From contig NZ_CALMFB010000054.1 in assembly GCF_937863155.1 (NCBI RefSeq), forward strand, positions 29,975 through 93,974: DNA of 64,000 nt. Direction: 5' to 3'. Positions within the stretch are counted from its first letter, which is position 1. Every line of letters begins with the position of its first letter. The notes under the pieces are model-generated. The model had not been told where the DNA came from, ran no database searches, and saw nothing but the letters and a program-made list of their open reading frames with translations. The translations under genes and the position numbers were made by a program. This stretch comes from an uncultured Brevundimonas sp. (GTDB lineage: Bacteria > Pseudomonadota > Alphaproteobacteria > Caulobacterales > Caulobacteraceae). Shown here piece by piece: positions 46,590 to 56,340 of the stretch.

Positions 46590-46603
46590 TTGATGAAAGT
46601 TAA
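46590..46603. promoter_or_regulatory. FNR-type box upstream of the divergent Crp/Fnr gene
   Basis: TTGAT-GAAA-GTTAA. Confidence 0.5.
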
Positions 46604-46630
46604 CCGCCAGAATCGGCCGGAGGGCGTCCG

Positions 46631-47416
46631 ATGACCATGCGAACGTCTGATCTGAACCGGATCAAGGCGCTGCCGTTGTTCGCCAGCCTGCCCGACGAGA
46701 CGTTCCGCGACGCGACCGCCGGATCGTTTCTGCAGCGTTTCCCCGCCGGCACCACCTTGCTGATGGAAGGGGATCCGGTCGACTTCCTGTATGTGCTGCT
46801 GGACGGCATCGTCGAACTTCAGGGGTCTTGGAAGGACAAGGAAACCACCCTGGCCGTGCTGCGGCCCGTGTCGACCTTCATCCTGGCGGCGGTCATGCTG
46901 GACGCCCCGGCCTTGATGTCGGCGCGGACGCTGGAGCGGTCCGAGATTCTGATGCTGTCGGGCGAGGCCCTGCGACGCACGGCGCGGATGGACGCCGGCT
47001 TCGGCTATGCCGTCGCGCGCGAACTGGCGGGTTGCTATCGGGGTCTGGTGCGGTCGGTGAAGAACCAGAAGCTGCGCGGCGGGACCGAGCGGCTGGCCAA
47101 CTATCTGCTGACCCAGCGGGTGCGCCAGAACGGTCGCGCGACCATCGTCCTACCGCACGAAAAGCGGGTGCTGGCCTCTTTGCTGGGCATGACGCCCGAG
47201 AACCTGTCGCGGGCCTTTGCGGGGCTGGCCGGGCACGGCGTGTCGGTCAATGGTCCCGAAGTGACCATCGCCAAGCCCCAGTTGCTGGAGCGACTGGCCC
47301 GTCCCTCGCCGCTGATCGACAATCATATGCCGCCGCCCAAGCAACCGCTGGGCAAGGCCGAAATCGAAAGCTGGCCGCCGGACCCCAAACAGCCGGTCGC
47401 GCCCTTCGGCGGATAA
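46631..47416 (+). CDS. Crp/Fnr regulator (FtrB/NarR/DNR-like)
   Basis: cNMP-like domain; ERLANYLL; HEKRVLASLLGMTPENLSRAF; divergent from the nar operon. Confidence 0.85.
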   Translation: MTMRTSDLNRIKALPLFASLPDETFRDATAGSFLQRFPAGTTLLMEGDPVDFLYVLLDGIVELQGSWKDKETTLAVLRPVSTFILAAVMLDAPALMSARTLERSEILMLSGEALRRTARMDAGFGYAVARELAGCYRGLVRSVKNQKLRGGTERLANYLLTQRVRQNGRATIVLPHEKRVLASLLGMTPENLSRAFAGLAGHGVSVNGPEVTIAKPQLLERLARPSPLIDNHMPPPKQPLGKAEIESWPPDPKQPVAPFGG

Positions 47417-47431
47417 GGCGAGCGCCGCGGA

Positions 47432-48424
47432 TCAGCCGCCGAACTGCGCCAGGTTGCGGGTGTCGCCCGGTCGGGCCAGATGCAGGTCGTGGCCCGACGC
47501 CTTGCCGGTCAGGGCCGAACGCACCGCCGCCTGCAGGGCCTCGCGCTGGTCGTCGTCTGACAGGAAGGGGCGCAGATCCACGCCGCCCTGGCCGAACAGG
47601 CACAGACGCAACCGTCCCCGCGCCGTGACCCGCAGCCGGTTGCAGCTGTCGCAGAAGCCCGGCGCATAGGGCGCGATCAGGCCGATGGCGCCGCGATGGT
47701 CGGGATGCCGGTACTCGATCGCCGGCCCGGCGTCGCCCGAACGCGGCGCCGGCGTCCATCCCCGCTGGTCCAGCCAGTCGCGCAGGACGCCGCCGCCGAC
47801 ATGATGGTCCGCGAAATAGTCGGCGTTGTCGCCGGTCCGCATCAGTTCGATGAACCGCGCCGACACCGGCCGGTCGCGCACGAAATCGGCCCAGGCCTGG
47901 AAGCCCGCCTCGGCGGTCTCCTTCAGCAGAACGGCGTTGACCTTCACTGCCTGATACCCGGCGTCCAGCGCCGCCTCGATCCCGTCCAGAACCATCGGCA
48001 GGCGGTCGTGACCGGTGATCCGGGCGAAGGTTTCCCGCTCCAGGCTGTCGATGCTGACGTTCAGATGCGACAGGCCCGCCGCGCGCCAGCGATCGACGTG
48101 CCGCACCAGATTCCAGCCGTTGGTCGTGACCGCCACCTTGCCGACGCCCGGCTGGGCCGCGACGCGGGCGACGATGTCGGTGAAGTCCCTGCGCACCGTC
48201 GGCTCGCCGCCGGTCAGCCGCACCTTGCCCAGGCCCAGATCGGCGAAGGCGCCGACCAGGCGGCCGATCTCGTCCACGTCCAGATAGGACATCGGCCCGG
48301 TCTTCTTGAAGCCATCGGGCAGGCAGTAGGTGCAGCGGAAATTGCACACCTCCGTCACCGACAGGCGCAGATAGCGGAAACGCCGGCCGAAGCCGTCGAC
48401 GGCGGCGTGGCCTTCAAAGGCCAT
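47432..48424 (-). CDS. moaA: GTP 3',8-cyclase MoaA
   Basis: YLRLSVTEVCNFRCTYC, KVRLTGGEP, FCDSCNRLR...LRLCLF, C-terminal GG. Confidence 0.97.
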   Translation of the reverse strand: MAFEGHAAVDGFGRRFRYLRLSVTEVCNFRCTYCLPDGFKKTGPMSYLDVDEIGRLVGAFADLGLGKVRLTGGEPTVRRDFTDIVARVAAQPGVGKVAVTTNGWNLVRHVDRWRAAGLSHLNVSIDSLERETFARITGHDRLPMVLDGIEAALDAGYQAVKVNAVLLKETAEAGFQAWADFVRDRPVSARFIELMRTGDNADYFADHHVGGGVLRDWLDQRGWTPAPRSGDAGPAIEYRHPDHRGAIGLIAPYAPGFCDSCNRLRVTARGRLRLCLFGQGGVDLRPFLSDDDQREALQAAVRSALTGKASGHDLHLARPGDTRNLAQFGG

Positions 48425-48430
48425 TTGGAA

Positions 48431-48546
48431 GCTCCTTTCCAAACACGGGAGGCGAAGCGGTTTCCCGCCGCGCCCTCGGCCCCTTTCGGAGCCCGGCCGG
48501 CCGACCCTGGCGCATGGCGTTAGGTCGGACGGCTCGGAGCGAACTC
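48431..48546 (-). ncRNA. Moco RNA motif (molybdenum cofactor riboswitch)
   Basis: CUCCGAGC...ACCUAA...GGGAAACC...GCCUCCCGUGUUUGGAAAGGAG immediately 5' of moaA, covering its SD. Confidence 0.85.
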
Positions 48547-48602
48547 AGCGACAGTCTAGGGCGTGGCGCGCCGGACGCTGTTGACCCCGGCCGCCACAGG
48601 GC

Positions 48603-48616
48603 TTGATGAAGATCAA
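48603..48616. promoter_or_regulatory. Perfect FNR box upstream of the Moco riboswitch/moaA
   Basis: (GC)TTGAT-GAAG-ATCAA(GC); overlaps the nnrS stop. Confidence 0.85.
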
Positions 48617-49806
48617 GCCGGGCGCAGATCGGGCCGGGGTTTCAGCAGCATGGGGCCATAGATCAGGGCGAACCCGCCAAAGGCCGCGCTCCACAGCACG
48701 GTCGAGACGATCAGGCCGGGGACGTGCAGATCGGGAACCAGGCCGGCCGTCACGCGCGCCATCGCCGCCAGATTGACCGCGACATAAAGCAGGCTGGTGC
48801 CCCAACCTGCGGCCAGGGGGCGCCCCGTATGCCCGCGGCTGGCGCGGGTGGTCATGGCCAGGATCATCACCCCCATGGCGCCGGCGGTCAGGGCGTGTAT
48901 CCCGGCCGAAATGGGAACGCTTGCCCCCACCGCCGACAGGCCCATCAGGATCAACGCCACCGGCAGCCACAGATATCCCATGTGCAGGATCAGCACGAGC
49001 GGCTCGGCCCCCGTGCGCCACCCGCGCCAGCGCGCCAGCCGCACCAGATGCAGCGCACCGACCCCCGCCAGCAGGGCGCCGACCGCCCCCGCTTCGGGCG
49101 ACATGACCCAGGCCCCCAGGGTCACGACCGTGGCGATCAGCACGGCCTGGTCGAACCGACCGGCCGGCGGCGCGGGCAGAGGACCGCCCCTGCGCACCAG
49201 CCAGTTGCGCGTGAAACTGGGCGTCACCCGCCCGCCGATCAGCGCCAGCAGCATGGCCACCGCCGCCAGGGCCAGGCGCAGGAACAGGTCCAGACCGGCC
49301 GGCTCGACGCGCAGATGAACCCCGACATCGGCCAGGGCGAACAGGCTGGCCAGGACGGCGACCGGCAGGTTGCGCCAGTTGCGCCCGGCCAGAACCTCGC
49401 GCCAGATCACGCCCGCGAAGACGACCAGGAAGACCGCGTCGATGCTGGCGACCCAGGCGGGCAGGCCCAGCATCGGCGCCGCCAGCATGGCCGCCCGTCC
49501 CGCCAGCCACAGCAGAAACAGCCCCGCCAGCGGCGCCCCGACCACCGGCAGACGCCCGGTCCAGTTCGGCACGGCAGTCAGCAAGAAACCCGCCACGATG
49601 GCCCCGACGAAGCCGAACAGCATCTCGTGAATGTGCCAGTCCAGCCCGATCCCCGCCTGGGCCAGGGCGCCGCCATGGGCATAGGCGGTCAGCCAGATCG
49701 GCGTGGCCACGGCGGCCCAGACGGCGCCGAACAGGAAGAAGGGCCGGAAGCCGAAACAGAACAAGGCGGGGCCGCGATAGGCCCGCATGGCGGCGGCGGT
49801 GGACAT
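48613..49806 (-). CDS. nnrS: NnrS family membrane protein
   Basis: GFRPFFL, WHIHEMLFG...GFLLTAVPNWTG, GGRVTPSFTRNWL, HALTAG, RASRGHTGRPL. Confidence 0.93.
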   Translation of the reverse strand: MSTAAAMRAYRGPALFCFGFRPFFLFGAVWAAVATPIWLTAYAHGGALAQAGIGLDWHIHEMLFGFVGAIVAGFLLTAVPNWTGRLPVVGAPLAGLFLLWLAGRAAMLAAPMLGLPAWVASIDAVFLVVFAGVIWREVLAGRNWRNLPVAVLASLFALADVGVHLRVEPAGLDLFLRLALAAVAMLLALIGGRVTPSFTRNWLVRRGGPLPAPPAGRFDQAVLIATVVTLGAWVMSPEAGAVGALLAGVGALHLVRLARWRGWRTGAEPLVLILHMGYLWLPVALILMGLSAVGASVPISAGIHALTAGAMGVMILAMTTRASRGHTGRPLAAGWGTSLLYVAVNLAAMARVTAGLVPDLHVPGLIVSTVLWSAAFGGFALIYGPMLLKPRPDLRPA

Positions 49807-49885
49807 CGACCGTCCTTCCTTTGATCAACTGTCTGTCTAGCGCCGCGCCGCGCCGGACAGGTTGCGGCCGCGCAAACGGGCGGCG

Positions 49886-50533
49886 TCAGACGGTCGCAGG
49901 CCGGCGCAGACGGTCCAGCGCCGCCAGGGCGTCGGGCGTGCAGCCCTGGGGCCGGAACGCCTGATGCGTCCAGCCGACGACGCCCATCTGGTCCAACTCG
50001 GCCTGCATCCGCGCCAGGGCCGCCGCGTCCAGCAGGCCGGGATGAACCGTGGTGCGGACCTGATAGGCCACGCCGCTGGCCAGCAGCAGACGCAGGCTGT
50101 CGCGCGCCCGGCGGCCGCTGCCGGGAACAGCGGTGGTGTCGGCATAGGCGTCGAACGGCGCCTTCACGTCGAAGCCGACCCAGTCGACCAGAGGCAGCAC
50201 CGCCGCCAGGCGCGCGGGATAGGGGCCGCCGGTATGCAGGCCGATGCGAAAGCCCATCTCGCGCACCTGGCGCATGGCGACGGGCAAGGCGGTCTGAAGC
50301 GTCGGCTCGCCGCCCGAAAACACCACCGCGTCCAGCAGGCCGCGCCGCCCCGACAGAAAGGCCAGCGCCGCCTGCCAGTCCAGACCCGTTTCCGCGCGTG
50401 GCGGGATCAGGTGCGGGTTGTGGCAATAGCCGCAGCTCCAGGGACAGCCCTGAAGAAACAGGGTCGCCACCAGTTCGCCGGGCCAGTCGCACAGCGACAG
50501 CCGCTCCAGCCCGCCGATGCGGATCTCAGCCAA
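49886..50533 (-). CDS. nrdG: Class III RNR activating radical SAM enzyme
   Basis: DWPGELVATLFLQGCPWSCGYCHNP, AVVFSGGEPTLQ. Confidence 0.92.
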   Translation of the reverse strand: MAEIRIGGLERLSLCDWPGELVATLFLQGCPWSCGYCHNPHLIPPRAETGLDWQAALAFLSGRRGLLDAVVFSGGEPTLQTALPVAMRQVREMGFRIGLHTGGPYPARLAAVLPLVDWVGFDVKAPFDAYADTTAVPGSGRRARDSLRLLLASGVAYQVRTTVHPGLLDAAALARMQAELDQMGVVGWTHQAFRPQGCTPDALAALDRLRRPATV

Positions 50534-50717
50534 GCCCGGCCTGCCGCTCGTCGAAACAGGTGCGTTCGGCGAACTCGCCCTTCTTGCCGCGGTTGAAGGA
50601 CGAGACGGGCCGGTGATAGCCCATCACCCGGGTCCAGATTTCGCACGGCTGACGCTCGTCGTCGGTCAGGGTCAGGGCGGCGGGGGCGGCGCCCCCGGCG
50701 GGCGTGGCGTCGAACAT
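50526..50717 (-). CDS. Stand-alone glycyl-radical domain of class III RNR (NrdD C-terminus, 63 aa)
   Basis: QPCEIWTRVMGYHRPVSSFNRGKKGEFAER; own SD (GAAAGGA). Confidence 0.85.
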   Translation of the reverse strand: MFDATPAGGAAPAALTLTDDERQPCEIWTRVMGYHRPVSSFNRGKKGEFAERTCFDERQAGLG

Positions 50718-50731
50718 GGTGGTTCCTTTCG

Positions 50732-52507
50732 TCAGGCTTGGGCGGCGGCCAGCCGCTTTTGGGACAGGCGTTCCTCGTCGCAGCGCGGACAGAAGGCGTG
50801 CTCGCCCTCCAGGTATCCGTGCGTCGGGCAGACCGAGAAGGTCGGGGTGATGGTGATGTAGGGCAGGCCGAACCGGGTCAGCGCCCGCTGGACCAGACGG
50901 CGACACGCCTCGGTCGAGGACAGTCGCGTGCCCATGTACAGATGCAGCACCGTGCCGCCGGTGTATTTCCGCTGCAGCACCTCTTGCCGCTCCAGCGCCT
51001 CGAACGGATCGTCGGTGAAGGCCACCGGCAGCTGGCTGGAGTTGGTGTAATAGGGCTGGTCGTCGGTCCCGGCCTGCAGGATGTCGGGGAAGCGTTTGCG
51101 GTCTTCCTTGGCGAAGCGATAGGTCGTGCCCTCGGCCGGCGTGGCTTCCAGATTGTACATGTGGCCGGTCGCGGCCTGGTATTCGACGATGCGCGCGCGC
51201 ACGTGATCCAGCAGACGCACCGCGAAGGCGTGGCCCCAGTCGGTGGTGATGTCGTGGGCGTCGTCGGTGAAGTTGCGGATCATCTCGTTGACCCCGTTCA
51301 CCCCCAGGGTCGAGAAGTGGTTTCTCAGCGTGCCCAGATAGCGTTTCGTATAGGGGAACAGGCCGTCGTCCATCAGCCGCTGGATCACGCCCCGCTTGAT
51401 CTCCAGACTGTCGCGGCCCAGGTCCATCAGCGCATCCAGCCGCGCCAGCAGCCCCGCCTCGTCCCCTTTGTAAAGGTACCCCAGGCGCGCGCAGTTCAGG
51501 GTGACCACGCCCAGGGATCCGGTCTGCTCGGCGCTGCCGAACAAGCCGTTGCCGCGTTTCAGCAGCTCGGTCAGGTCCAGCTGCAGCCGACAGCACATGG
51601 ACCGCACCATGTTGGGCTTCAGGTCCGAGTTCACGAAATTCTGGAAATAGGGCAGGCCGTATTTGGCCGTCATCTCGAACAGTCGTTCGGCGTTCTCGCT
51701 CTCCCAGGGGAAGTCGGGCGTGATGTTGTAGGTGGGGATGGGAAAGGTGAAGACCCGGCCCTTTTCGTCGCCCTTGCACATCACCTCGATGTAGGCGCGG
51801 TTGATCATGTCCATCTCGGCCTGAAGATCGCCGTAGGTGAAGTCGGCGGCCTCTCCGCCGATGATCGGGATCTCGTCGCGCAGATCTTCGGGACAAACCC
51901 AGTCGAAGGTCAGGTTGGTGAAGGGCGTCTGGGTGCCCCAGCGCGAGGGGACGTTCAGGTTGAAGATCAGCTCCTGAATATACTGGCGCACCTCGGCATA
52001 GGTCAGTCCGCCCTTGCGGATGAACGGCGCCATATAGGTGTCGAACGAGCTGAAGGCCTGGGCGCCGGCCCATTCGTTCTGAAGCGTGCCCAGGAAGTTG
52101 ACGATCTGGCCGATGGCGCTGGACATGTGGCGCGGCGGGCCGGATTCGACCTTGCCCGGCACGCCGTTGAACCCCTCGGTCAGCAGGGTGCGCAGCGACC
52201 AGCCGGCGCAATAACCCGCCAGCATGTCCAGGTCGTGGATATGCAGGTCGCCCTCGCGGTGCGCCCGCCCGACCGCCGCCGGATAGACCTGGGACAGCCA
52301 GTAGTTGGCGATGACCTTGCCCGAGACGTTCAGGATCAGCCCGCCCAGCGAATAGCCCTGGTTGGCGTTGGCGTTCACCCGCCAGTCGGCCCGCATCAGA
52401 TATTCGTTGATCGAGGACGTCACATCGACGGTGACGTCCCGTTCCGGCCCGGCCAGGGCGAAGCCCAGGTCGGGAGCCGCGGGAGCAAGAACGGTATGTT
52501 TCGTCAT
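50732..52507 (-). CDS. nrdD: Class III ribonucleoside-triphosphate reductase catalytic subunit (no ATP cone, no glycyl-radical loop)
   Basis: HIHDL...GYCAGWS, FTFPIPT, RSMCCRL, EATPAEG, YYTNS, CPTHG...CPRC followed by a stop. Confidence 0.92.
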   Translation of the reverse strand: MTKHTVLAPAAPDLGFALAGPERDVTVDVTSSINEYLMRADWRVNANANQGYSLGGLILNVSGKVIANYWLSQVYPAAVGRAHREGDLHIHDLDMLAGYCAGWSLRTLLTEGFNGVPGKVESGPPRHMSSAIGQIVNFLGTLQNEWAGAQAFSSFDTYMAPFIRKGGLTYAEVRQYIQELIFNLNVPSRWGTQTPFTNLTFDWVCPEDLRDEIPIIGGEAADFTYGDLQAEMDMINRAYIEVMCKGDEKGRVFTFPIPTYNITPDFPWESENAERLFEMTAKYGLPYFQNFVNSDLKPNMVRSMCCRLQLDLTELLKRGNGLFGSAEQTGSLGVVTLNCARLGYLYKGDEAGLLARLDALMDLGRDSLEIKRGVIQRLMDDGLFPYTKRYLGTLRNHFSTLGVNGVNEMIRNFTDDAHDITTDWGHAFAVRLLDHVRARIVEYQAATGHMYNLEATPAEGTTYRFAKEDRKRFPDILQAGTDDQPYYTNSSQLPVAFTDDPFEALERQEVLQRKYTGGTVLHLYMGTRLSSTEACRRLVQRALTRFGLPYITITPTFSVCPTHGYLEGEHAFCPRCDEERLSQKRLAAAQA

Positions 52508-52650
52508 GACGCGCATCCTGGCGATGGGACGGGCCGTCTGGCGGCCGGAACGAAACGCTAGGTGATTCGGTGCGGCGCCCCGGCCTGCGCGTCGCCGCGC
52601 CCTCTGCCGACGAAGGTTTGTCGCCTGAAGACGGACCATCAAGGTTCGCC

Positions 52651-52664
52651 TTGACCGCCATCAA
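52651..52664. promoter_or_regulatory. FNR-type box between divergent nrdD and ric
   Basis: TTGAC-CGCC-ATCAA. Confidence 0.75.
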
Positions 52665-52718
52665 GCCGGCCGGCGCGCGTCGGGCCTAAGGAAAGGGTCG
52701 CCCAACAGGAGCGCGGCC

Positions 52719-53222
52719 ATGACCCTGGAAGCCACAGCGCCGGACCGACCGGACACGATGTCCGAAGCGTCGATGCCGACGCCGGCGCTGATCGCGCACA
52801 TCCTGGAACGCTATCATCAGACCCATAGGCGCGAGCTGCCCGAACTGATCGAACTGGCGCGCAAGGTCGAACGCGTCCACCGCCGGCATCCGCAGGCGCC
52901 GCTGGGGATGGGCGACCTGCTGGCCCTGATCGCGGACGATCTGGAAATGCACCAGCAGAAGGAGGAGCAGATTCTGTTCCCGATGATGCTGAACGCGGCC
53001 GGTCCGATGGTGCATCACCCCATCGCCCGCATGATGATCGAGCACGAGGACGTCGAGGCCCAGCTGGCGGTGCTGGACGAGATGAGCGACGGCCTGACCC
53101 CGCCCGCCAACGCCTGCGGTTCGTGGCGCAGGCTGTACGAAGGATGTCGGAAATTCCGCGAAGACCTGCGCGCTCACATCCGCATCGAGGACACGGTTCT
53201 GTTCCCGCGTTTCCTCGATTGA
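52719..53222 (+). CDS. Ric/YtfE-like di-iron hemerythrin protein (no N-terminal ScdA domain)
   Basis: LIAHILERYHQTHRRELP, HQQKEEQILFP, MMIEHE, HIRIED.VLFP. Confidence 0.85.
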   Translation: MTLEATAPDRPDTMSEASMPTPALIAHILERYHQTHRRELPELIELARKVERVHRRHPQAPLGMGDLLALIADDLEMHQQKEEQILFPMMLNAAGPMVHHPIARMMIEHEDVEAQLAVLDEMSDGLTPPANACGSWRRLYEGCRKFREDLRAHIRIEDTVLFPRFLD

Positions 53223-53307
53223 GCCTGCAGGGTTCGCCGGCGGCCCTTTCCCAGACCAGCGTTCCCGACGAACGCGAAGGGGCCGGGCGAAGGCGAAGGA
53301 GCCGGGG

Positions 53308-54504
53308 TTAAAGGGCGAGCACTTCGACCCTCTCGCCCGCCCCGGCTCCGGAGTCTCCGGCGCGGCGGCGGATCAGGACATCGCTGTCGGCCAGTGTCTT
53401 CTGGGCGCCCGAATCCTGATTGCTCGCCGGCATGACCCGGCCATCGGCCAGGCGCCGTCCACGCAGGAATGTCTCGCGCTCGCCGGTCGCCGGGACATCG
53501 CCCGCCAGTTCGGCCCAGGCCCAGGCCAGGGCGGTGCGCGGCTCGCCGCCCGCCAGGCCGTGCAAAAGCGGGGCCAGAAACAGCCGCGCCGTCACCAGGG
53601 CCGAGGTCGGATTGCCCGGCAGGCCGACCACCAGCCGCCCCCCTGCCCGGCCGATCCACACCGGCTTGCCCGGCTTGATGGCGACCTTGGAGAAGACCAG
53701 GTCCAGACCGGACGGCCCGAACATGGCCCGCGCGTGATCGCGTTCCCCCACCGAGGCGCCGCCGGTCACCACCACCACATCGGCCAGCGACAGGGCCTGG
53801 GCCGCGACGGCTTCCAGGGCGGCGGGATCGTCGGGCGCGCGGCGACGGCCCACGACCTCGGCGCCCCATTGGCGAGCCAGGGCCATGACCCCGAACGACA
53901 CGCTTTCGGGAATGGCGCCCAGCGTCTGGCGGGCCCTGCCCGGTTCGGCCAGTTCGTCGCCGGTGCCCACGACCATCAGACGGGGGCGGCGCACCACATT
54001 CACCCGATCTTGGTCGGCCGAGGCGGCGGCGACCATTGCCTGGGGCGTCAGCGTCGCGCCGGCTTTCAACAGCACATCCCCAGCCCGGAAGTCCGAACCG
54101 CGCTCGCGCACATGGCGGCCCTTGCCCGGCGCGGTCGAAAAGACCGCGTGACCGTCATCCTGGGTCACCTGTTCCTGCACCACGACCCGGTCGGCCCCCT
54201 CGGGCGTCGGGGCGCCGGTGAAGATGCGTGCGCAGGTTCCCGGAAGAAGAGGCGCAGGATCGGCGCGCCCGGCGTAGATCGTATCGACGATCGGCAGCCG
54301 CGCCGGCAGGACCGCCAGATCGGCGTCCCGGACCGCATAGCCGTCCATGGCCGAAACCGCGCGCCACGGTGCATCCGCGAACGCCGTCACGGGGGCGGCC
54401 AGCACCCGGCCGCAGGCGTCGGCCAGAAGCGCATCTTCGGCCTCCAGCGGTTGCGCCAGCCCCAGCACCAGAGCGGCGGCGTCATCGAAATCGATCATGG
54501 CCAA
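53308..54504 (-). CDS. moeA: Molybdopterin molybdotransferase
   Basis: [43 protein letters not shown]. Confidence 0.95.
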   Translation of the reverse strand: MAMIDFDDAAALVLGLAQPLEAEDALLADACGRVLAAPVTAFADAPWRAVSAMDGYAVRDADLAVLPARLPIVDTIYAGRADPAPLLPGTCARIFTGAPTPEGADRVVVQEQVTQDDGHAVFSTAPGKGRHVRERGSDFRAGDVLLKAGATLTPQAMVAAASADQDRVNVVRRPRLMVVGTGDELAEPGRARQTLGAIPESVSFGVMALARQWGAEVVGRRRAPDDPAALEAVAAQALSLADVVVVTGGASVGERDHARAMFGPSGLDLVFSKVAIKPGKPVWIGRAGGRLVVGLPGNPTSALVTARLFLAPLLHGLAGGEPRTALAWAWAELAGDVPATGERETFLRGRRLADGRVMPASNQDSGAQKTLADSDVLIRRRAGDSGAGAGERVEVLAL

Positions 54505-54986
54505 ACCTCATCCGGCGCCCGCCATTCGCCCGACCGGCCGCCGGACTTCAGCACCAGCCGCACCTGATCCAGACGCATGGCGCGGTCCACGGCTTTCAGC
54601 ATGTCGTACAGGGTCAGGCCCGCGACCGAGGCGGCCGTCAGGGCCTCCATCTCGACCCCCGTGACGCCCACGGTGACCGTCTCCGCCTCGATGCGGAAAC
54701 CGGGCAGGTCGCGGTCGGGCGTGATCGTGACCGCCGCCTTGGACAACGGCAGGGGATGACACAGGGGGATCAGGTCGGCGGTGCGCTTGGCCGCCATAAC
54801 GCCCGCCAGCTCGGCGGTCTGTATCACCGCCCCCTTGGGCGCGCGGCCTTCCAGAACCAGGGCCAGGGTCTCGGGGCGGCAATGCAGATCGGCGCGGGCG
54901 ACGGCGCGGCGCGCGCTGGGCGCCTTGGCCGAGACATCGACCATCCGCGCCCGCCCCTCGGTGTCCAGATGCGTCAGGCCGCTCAT
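54495..54986 (-). CDS. moaC: cPMP synthase
   Basis: [47 protein letters not shown]. Confidence 0.96.
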   Translation of the reverse strand: MSGLTHLDTEGRARMVDVSAKAPSARRAVARADLHCRPETLALVLEGRAPKGAVIQTAELAGVMAAKRTADLIPLCHPLPLSKAAVTITPDRDLPGFRIEAETVTVGVTGVEMEALTAASVAGLTLYDMLKAVDRAMRLDQVRLVLKSGGRSGEWRAPDEVWP

Positions 54987-55519
54987 GGGCAGATGCCCCG
55001 ACAGCGCGGGATCTGGCCAACCAGCGAACAGGGGCGGAAGCGGCTGTCCAGTTCGGCGTCCAGCACCAGATCCCAGGCGTCGCGACAGGCGCCGGTCGAA
55101 CCGGGCACGCAGAAGATGAAGGTCTCGCCCGCCTGGCCGGCCAGGGCCCGTGATTGCAGGGTGGCGACGCCGACGGTGGTCTGGCTGGCCTGATGGAACA
55201 CCACCGAAAAGCCGTCCATCACCCGGTCCAGCAGCGGGCGCACCGCCTCGGGCGTCACATCACGCGGGGCGAACCCCGTGCCGCCGGTGGTCAGGATCAC
55301 ATCCACGCCCGGATCGGCGATCCAGTCGCGCAGCCGGGCCTGGATGGCCGGAACCTCGTCCTTGACGATGGCGCGGTCGGCCAGGGCATGGCCCGCCCCC
55401 GTCAGCCGGTCGATCAGCAGACCGCCCGAGGTGTCGGTGCTTTCGTCCCGCGTGTCCGAAATCGTCATCACCGCGATGTTCAGCGGCAGGAAGTCAAAGC
55501 GGTCGTCGATGCCGGCCAT
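54983..55519 (-). CDS. moaB: Molybdenum cofactor biosynthesis protein B
   Basis: [44 protein letters not shown]. Confidence 0.93.
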   Translation of the reverse strand: MAGIDDRFDFLPLNIAVMTISDTRDESTDTSGGLLIDRLTGAGHALADRAIVKDEVPAIQARLRDWIADPGVDVILTTGGTGFAPRDVTPEAVRPLLDRVMDGFSVVFHQASQTTVGVATLQSRALAGQAGETFIFCVPGSTGACRDAWDLVLDAELDSRFRPCSLVGQIPRCRGICP

Positions 55520-55520
55520 G

Positions 55521-55991
55521 TCAGTCGCTCCAGCGGGCCAGCGCGGCCCCATCTTGCTCAGTGGGTTCGATCCAGCGGCCGCCATCGGGGCCGCTTTCGT
55601 GTTTCCAGAACACCGCCTCGCTCTTGAGCCGGTCCATCAGGTAATCGGCCGCCTGGAAGGCCTCGCGCCGGTGCGGCGATGCGGCGGCGGCGAAGACGAT
55701 GGTGTCGCCCGGCGCCATGCAGCCACAGCGATGCACCACATAGACCGCCGTGACGGGGAACCGGTCCAGCGCATCCTGGGCGATCCGCTGCAAAGACTGT
55801 TCGGTCAGGCGCGGATGCCAGTCCAGCCGCAGTTCATCGACGCGCGCGCCATCCTTGGCCCGGTCACGCGCCAGTCCGGTGAAGGCGACGATGGCCCCAT
55901 CGACCCCGCGCGCGGCGCAGGTCTGGGTGAAGTCGTTCAGTTCGTCGCCCGCATCCAGAAAGCGGTGCTCCAGCCTGGAAACCGCCGCCAT
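55521..55991 (-). CDS. moaE: Molybdopterin synthase catalytic subunit
   Basis: GAIVAFTG.AR, VVHRCG, HRREAFQAADYLMDRLKSEAVFWKHE. Confidence 0.93.
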   Translation of the reverse strand: MAAVSRLEHRFLDAGDELNDFTQTCAARGVDGAIVAFTGLARDRAKDGARVDELRLDWHPRLTEQSLQRIAQDALDRFPVTAVYVVHRCGCMAPGDTIVFAAAASPHRREAFQAADYLMDRLKSEAVFWKHESGPDGGRWIEPTEQDGAALARWSD

Positions 55992-55992
55992 C

Positions 55993-56277
55993 TCAGCCCC
56001 CCGAAAAGGTCGAGAAAAACAGGACGGTCTGGCCCGGCTTCACCGTGGCGCTGTCGGCAAACACCTGGTCGTCGACGCCGCCGCGTACGGAGGGGTCCAG
56101 CAGGATTTCACCGCCTTCGCCGGCCAGGCTCTGCGCTAGCCGCTGCCGCAGGGCGCCCAGGGTCAGCCCCTGGGCGGGCGCCGCGCAAAGCTGTTCGGCG
56201 CCGAAGACATCGGACGGGCGACCAAAGAACTGGACCCGGATGCCCGGCCCCGCCTGTTCCGTTTCCGACTTGCGCAT
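55993..56277 (-). CDS. moaD: Molybdopterin synthase sulfur carrier
   Basis: Ubiquitin-like; VQFFG; C-terminal FSGG. Confidence 0.88.
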   Translation of the reverse strand: MRKSETEQAGPGIRVQFFGRPSDVFGAEQLCAAPAQGLTLGALRQRLAQSLAGEGGEILLDPSVRGGVDDQVFADSATVKPGQTVLFFSTFSGG

Positions 56278-56340
56278 AGCGACGCCCCTGATCTGGTCGA
56301 TCCTTGCTGGACCGGCTTGTATCGGGTTTGCCGCACGGCC

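Noticed and set aside
50526-52664. 712-aa ORF that could be read as a full-length NrdD or a frameshift product
   Set aside because: Only the last 63 aa are NrdD-like; the upstream part is an off-frame shadow of nrdD. No slippery site was noticed, and the small ORF has its own SD.
53225-53305. Imperfect inverted repeat between convergent ric and moeA as a REP or MITE
   Set aside because: No second copy was seen in the window; probably a bidirectional terminator-like hairpin.
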